Notes under the pieces: model-generated
The model's input: the letters and a program-made list of their open reading frames with translations, nothing else
Databases searched by the model: none
What the model was told of the DNA's origin: nothing
DNA from: Blepharisma stoltei ATCC 30299
Lineage: Eukaryota; Protista; Ciliophora
Length of the DNA stretch: 64,000 nt
NCBI GenBank assembly: GCA_965603825.1
Contig: CBFDEM010000044.1
Span: 496,001 to 560,000, forward strand
Reading direction: 5' to 3'
Made by a program: the position numbers and the translations under genes
Shown here: piece after piece, positions 63,009 to 64,000 of the stretch
How the letters are laid out: each line of letters starts with the position of its first letter
Numbering within the stretch: the stretch's first letter is position 1

Positions 63009-63470
63009 ATGGAACACGAAGAAACAGTTGACGTTGTAGCTTCAGGAGCATCAGAAACTTACCCAAGCCAAGTCGGATCACTTAAGAAGGGTGGATATTG
63101 TGTCCTTAGAGGCCATCCAGTCAAGATCATGGAAATTGCCACCGCCAAAGTCGGCAAGCATGGCTCAGCCAAAGCCAAAATTACAGGAATCGATGTTTTC
63201 ACATCAAATAAATATGAGGAAATCCACCCAACTTCCCACAATATCGACGTTCCTAACATTTCAAGAATTGACTACACCTTGGTCGATATTGCAAGAGATG
63301 GGTTTGTTTCCTTGATGGACGACGCTGGAAATACAAAAGAAGACTTAAAGCTTCCTGAGGACGAAGAAGGAGCCAAAATCCGTGACTTGTTCGAGAATGG
63401 AGCTACAGTTTCAGTGACTGTTATGAAAGCTATGGGACAAGAGAGAATTATGGCTGGTAAAGAAATCTAA
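63009..63470 (+). CDS. eIF5A: Translation factor eIF5A
   Basis: GASETYP, GKHG hypusine loop, GIDVFT..KYE and KEDLKLP motifs. Confidence 0.97.
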   Translation: MEHEETVDVVASGASETYPSQVGSLKKGGYCVLRGHPVKIMEIATAKVGKHGSAKAKITGIDVFTSNKYEEIHPTSHNIDVPNISRIDYTLVDIARDGFVSLMDDAGNTKEDLKLPEDEEGAKIRDLFENGATVSVTVMKAMGQERIMAGKEI

Positions 63471-64000
63471 GCAGCTAATACATATGATCTCTTTTAGATA
63501 AGTCTTAGTATAAGAAATAACCCAGAAATATTGGGATCTTTTGGCATAAAAACTTCATAATTCCAGGTCTGAGATAGTTGTGGGAGTTGTGTCAGAACTT
63601 AATGGATTAAAAAATGCCGCGGTAGACAACAGTGGTATTGCTGATTTCTATTTATGAAATTTAATGCCAGAAAAGCTAGGAACCAAAGTAAATGCCTATG
63701 ATAGCTTTTTATTTAATATTGCTGCTCTAGTATATTTATTGCTAGGAAAATCTAATAATTTTTAAAGGCAGAACACATCAAAATTCCATTTTTTAATGTT
63801 TAATAAAAGCAATAGAAGTGCCATGACAAGACAGAAAACAGATAAGCCCAATAAATCAATTATTTGAAACACTTTCTTTATTTTCTTTACGATTATTACT
63901 ACAGGATCTTTCCTCGGATTTTTGGTTGATATTTATTATATGAGCCCAAAAATTTTAATGAAAGAGTTAGATATGAACAATTTGACTGGCCCGAAGTGGT

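Noticed and set aside
63498-64000. Open stretches after eIF5A (about 89 codons from 63498, and another running to the window end)
   Set aside because: No suitable start codon, no recognisable homology and no consistent intron joins them. They may be a decayed or partial gene.

Overview
This is a gene-dense, AT-rich eukaryotic nuclear window with about 47 protein-coding genes. It has the hallmarks of a heterotrich ciliate macronuclear genome, most like Blepharisma. (i) UGA is a sense codon for Trp: I counted 53 in-frame TGAs by hand, many at family-invariant Trp positions, and every gene model ends in TAA or TAG. (ii) Introns are tiny: nine of 15 nt and one of 16 nt, all GTA...YAG with an A exactly 6 nt from the 3' end. 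(iii) Intergenic spacers are as short as 17-47 bp. The supplied ORF track uses the standard code without splicing, so it fragments about half the genes and misses two small lipidated proteins; the models below are re-joined by hand. Recognisable genes include neuroguidin, MFSD1, centrin, 14-3-3, eRF3, two ODA-DC paralogs, a CTDSPL2-like phosphatase, EED/ESC, RAD54B-like, RBM39-like, mt EF-Ts, PTEN, an ankyrin-PH-AGC kinase, ALIX, a TTLL, proteasome beta5, glyoxalase II-like, a vWA-RGG protein, PNUTS-like, HSF, VPS26, an MPR/ATG27-like receptor, p62/NBR1-like, DYRK1-like, CFAP20DC, an acyltransferase-3, MTRR-like, RCHY1 and eIF5A. The most interesting signals are these. UGA versus UGG use is non-random by gene, by position in the gene and by the +4 base, and eRF3 itself has a UGA at codon 10. 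A 41-nt outlier intron splits the PP1-docking motif of the PNUTS-like gene. One protein fuses ARM-like, GOLD and degenerate ROK domains. The EED has a partly lost methyl-lysine cage. I saw no rRNA, tRNA, CRISPR, telomere or transposon signatures.
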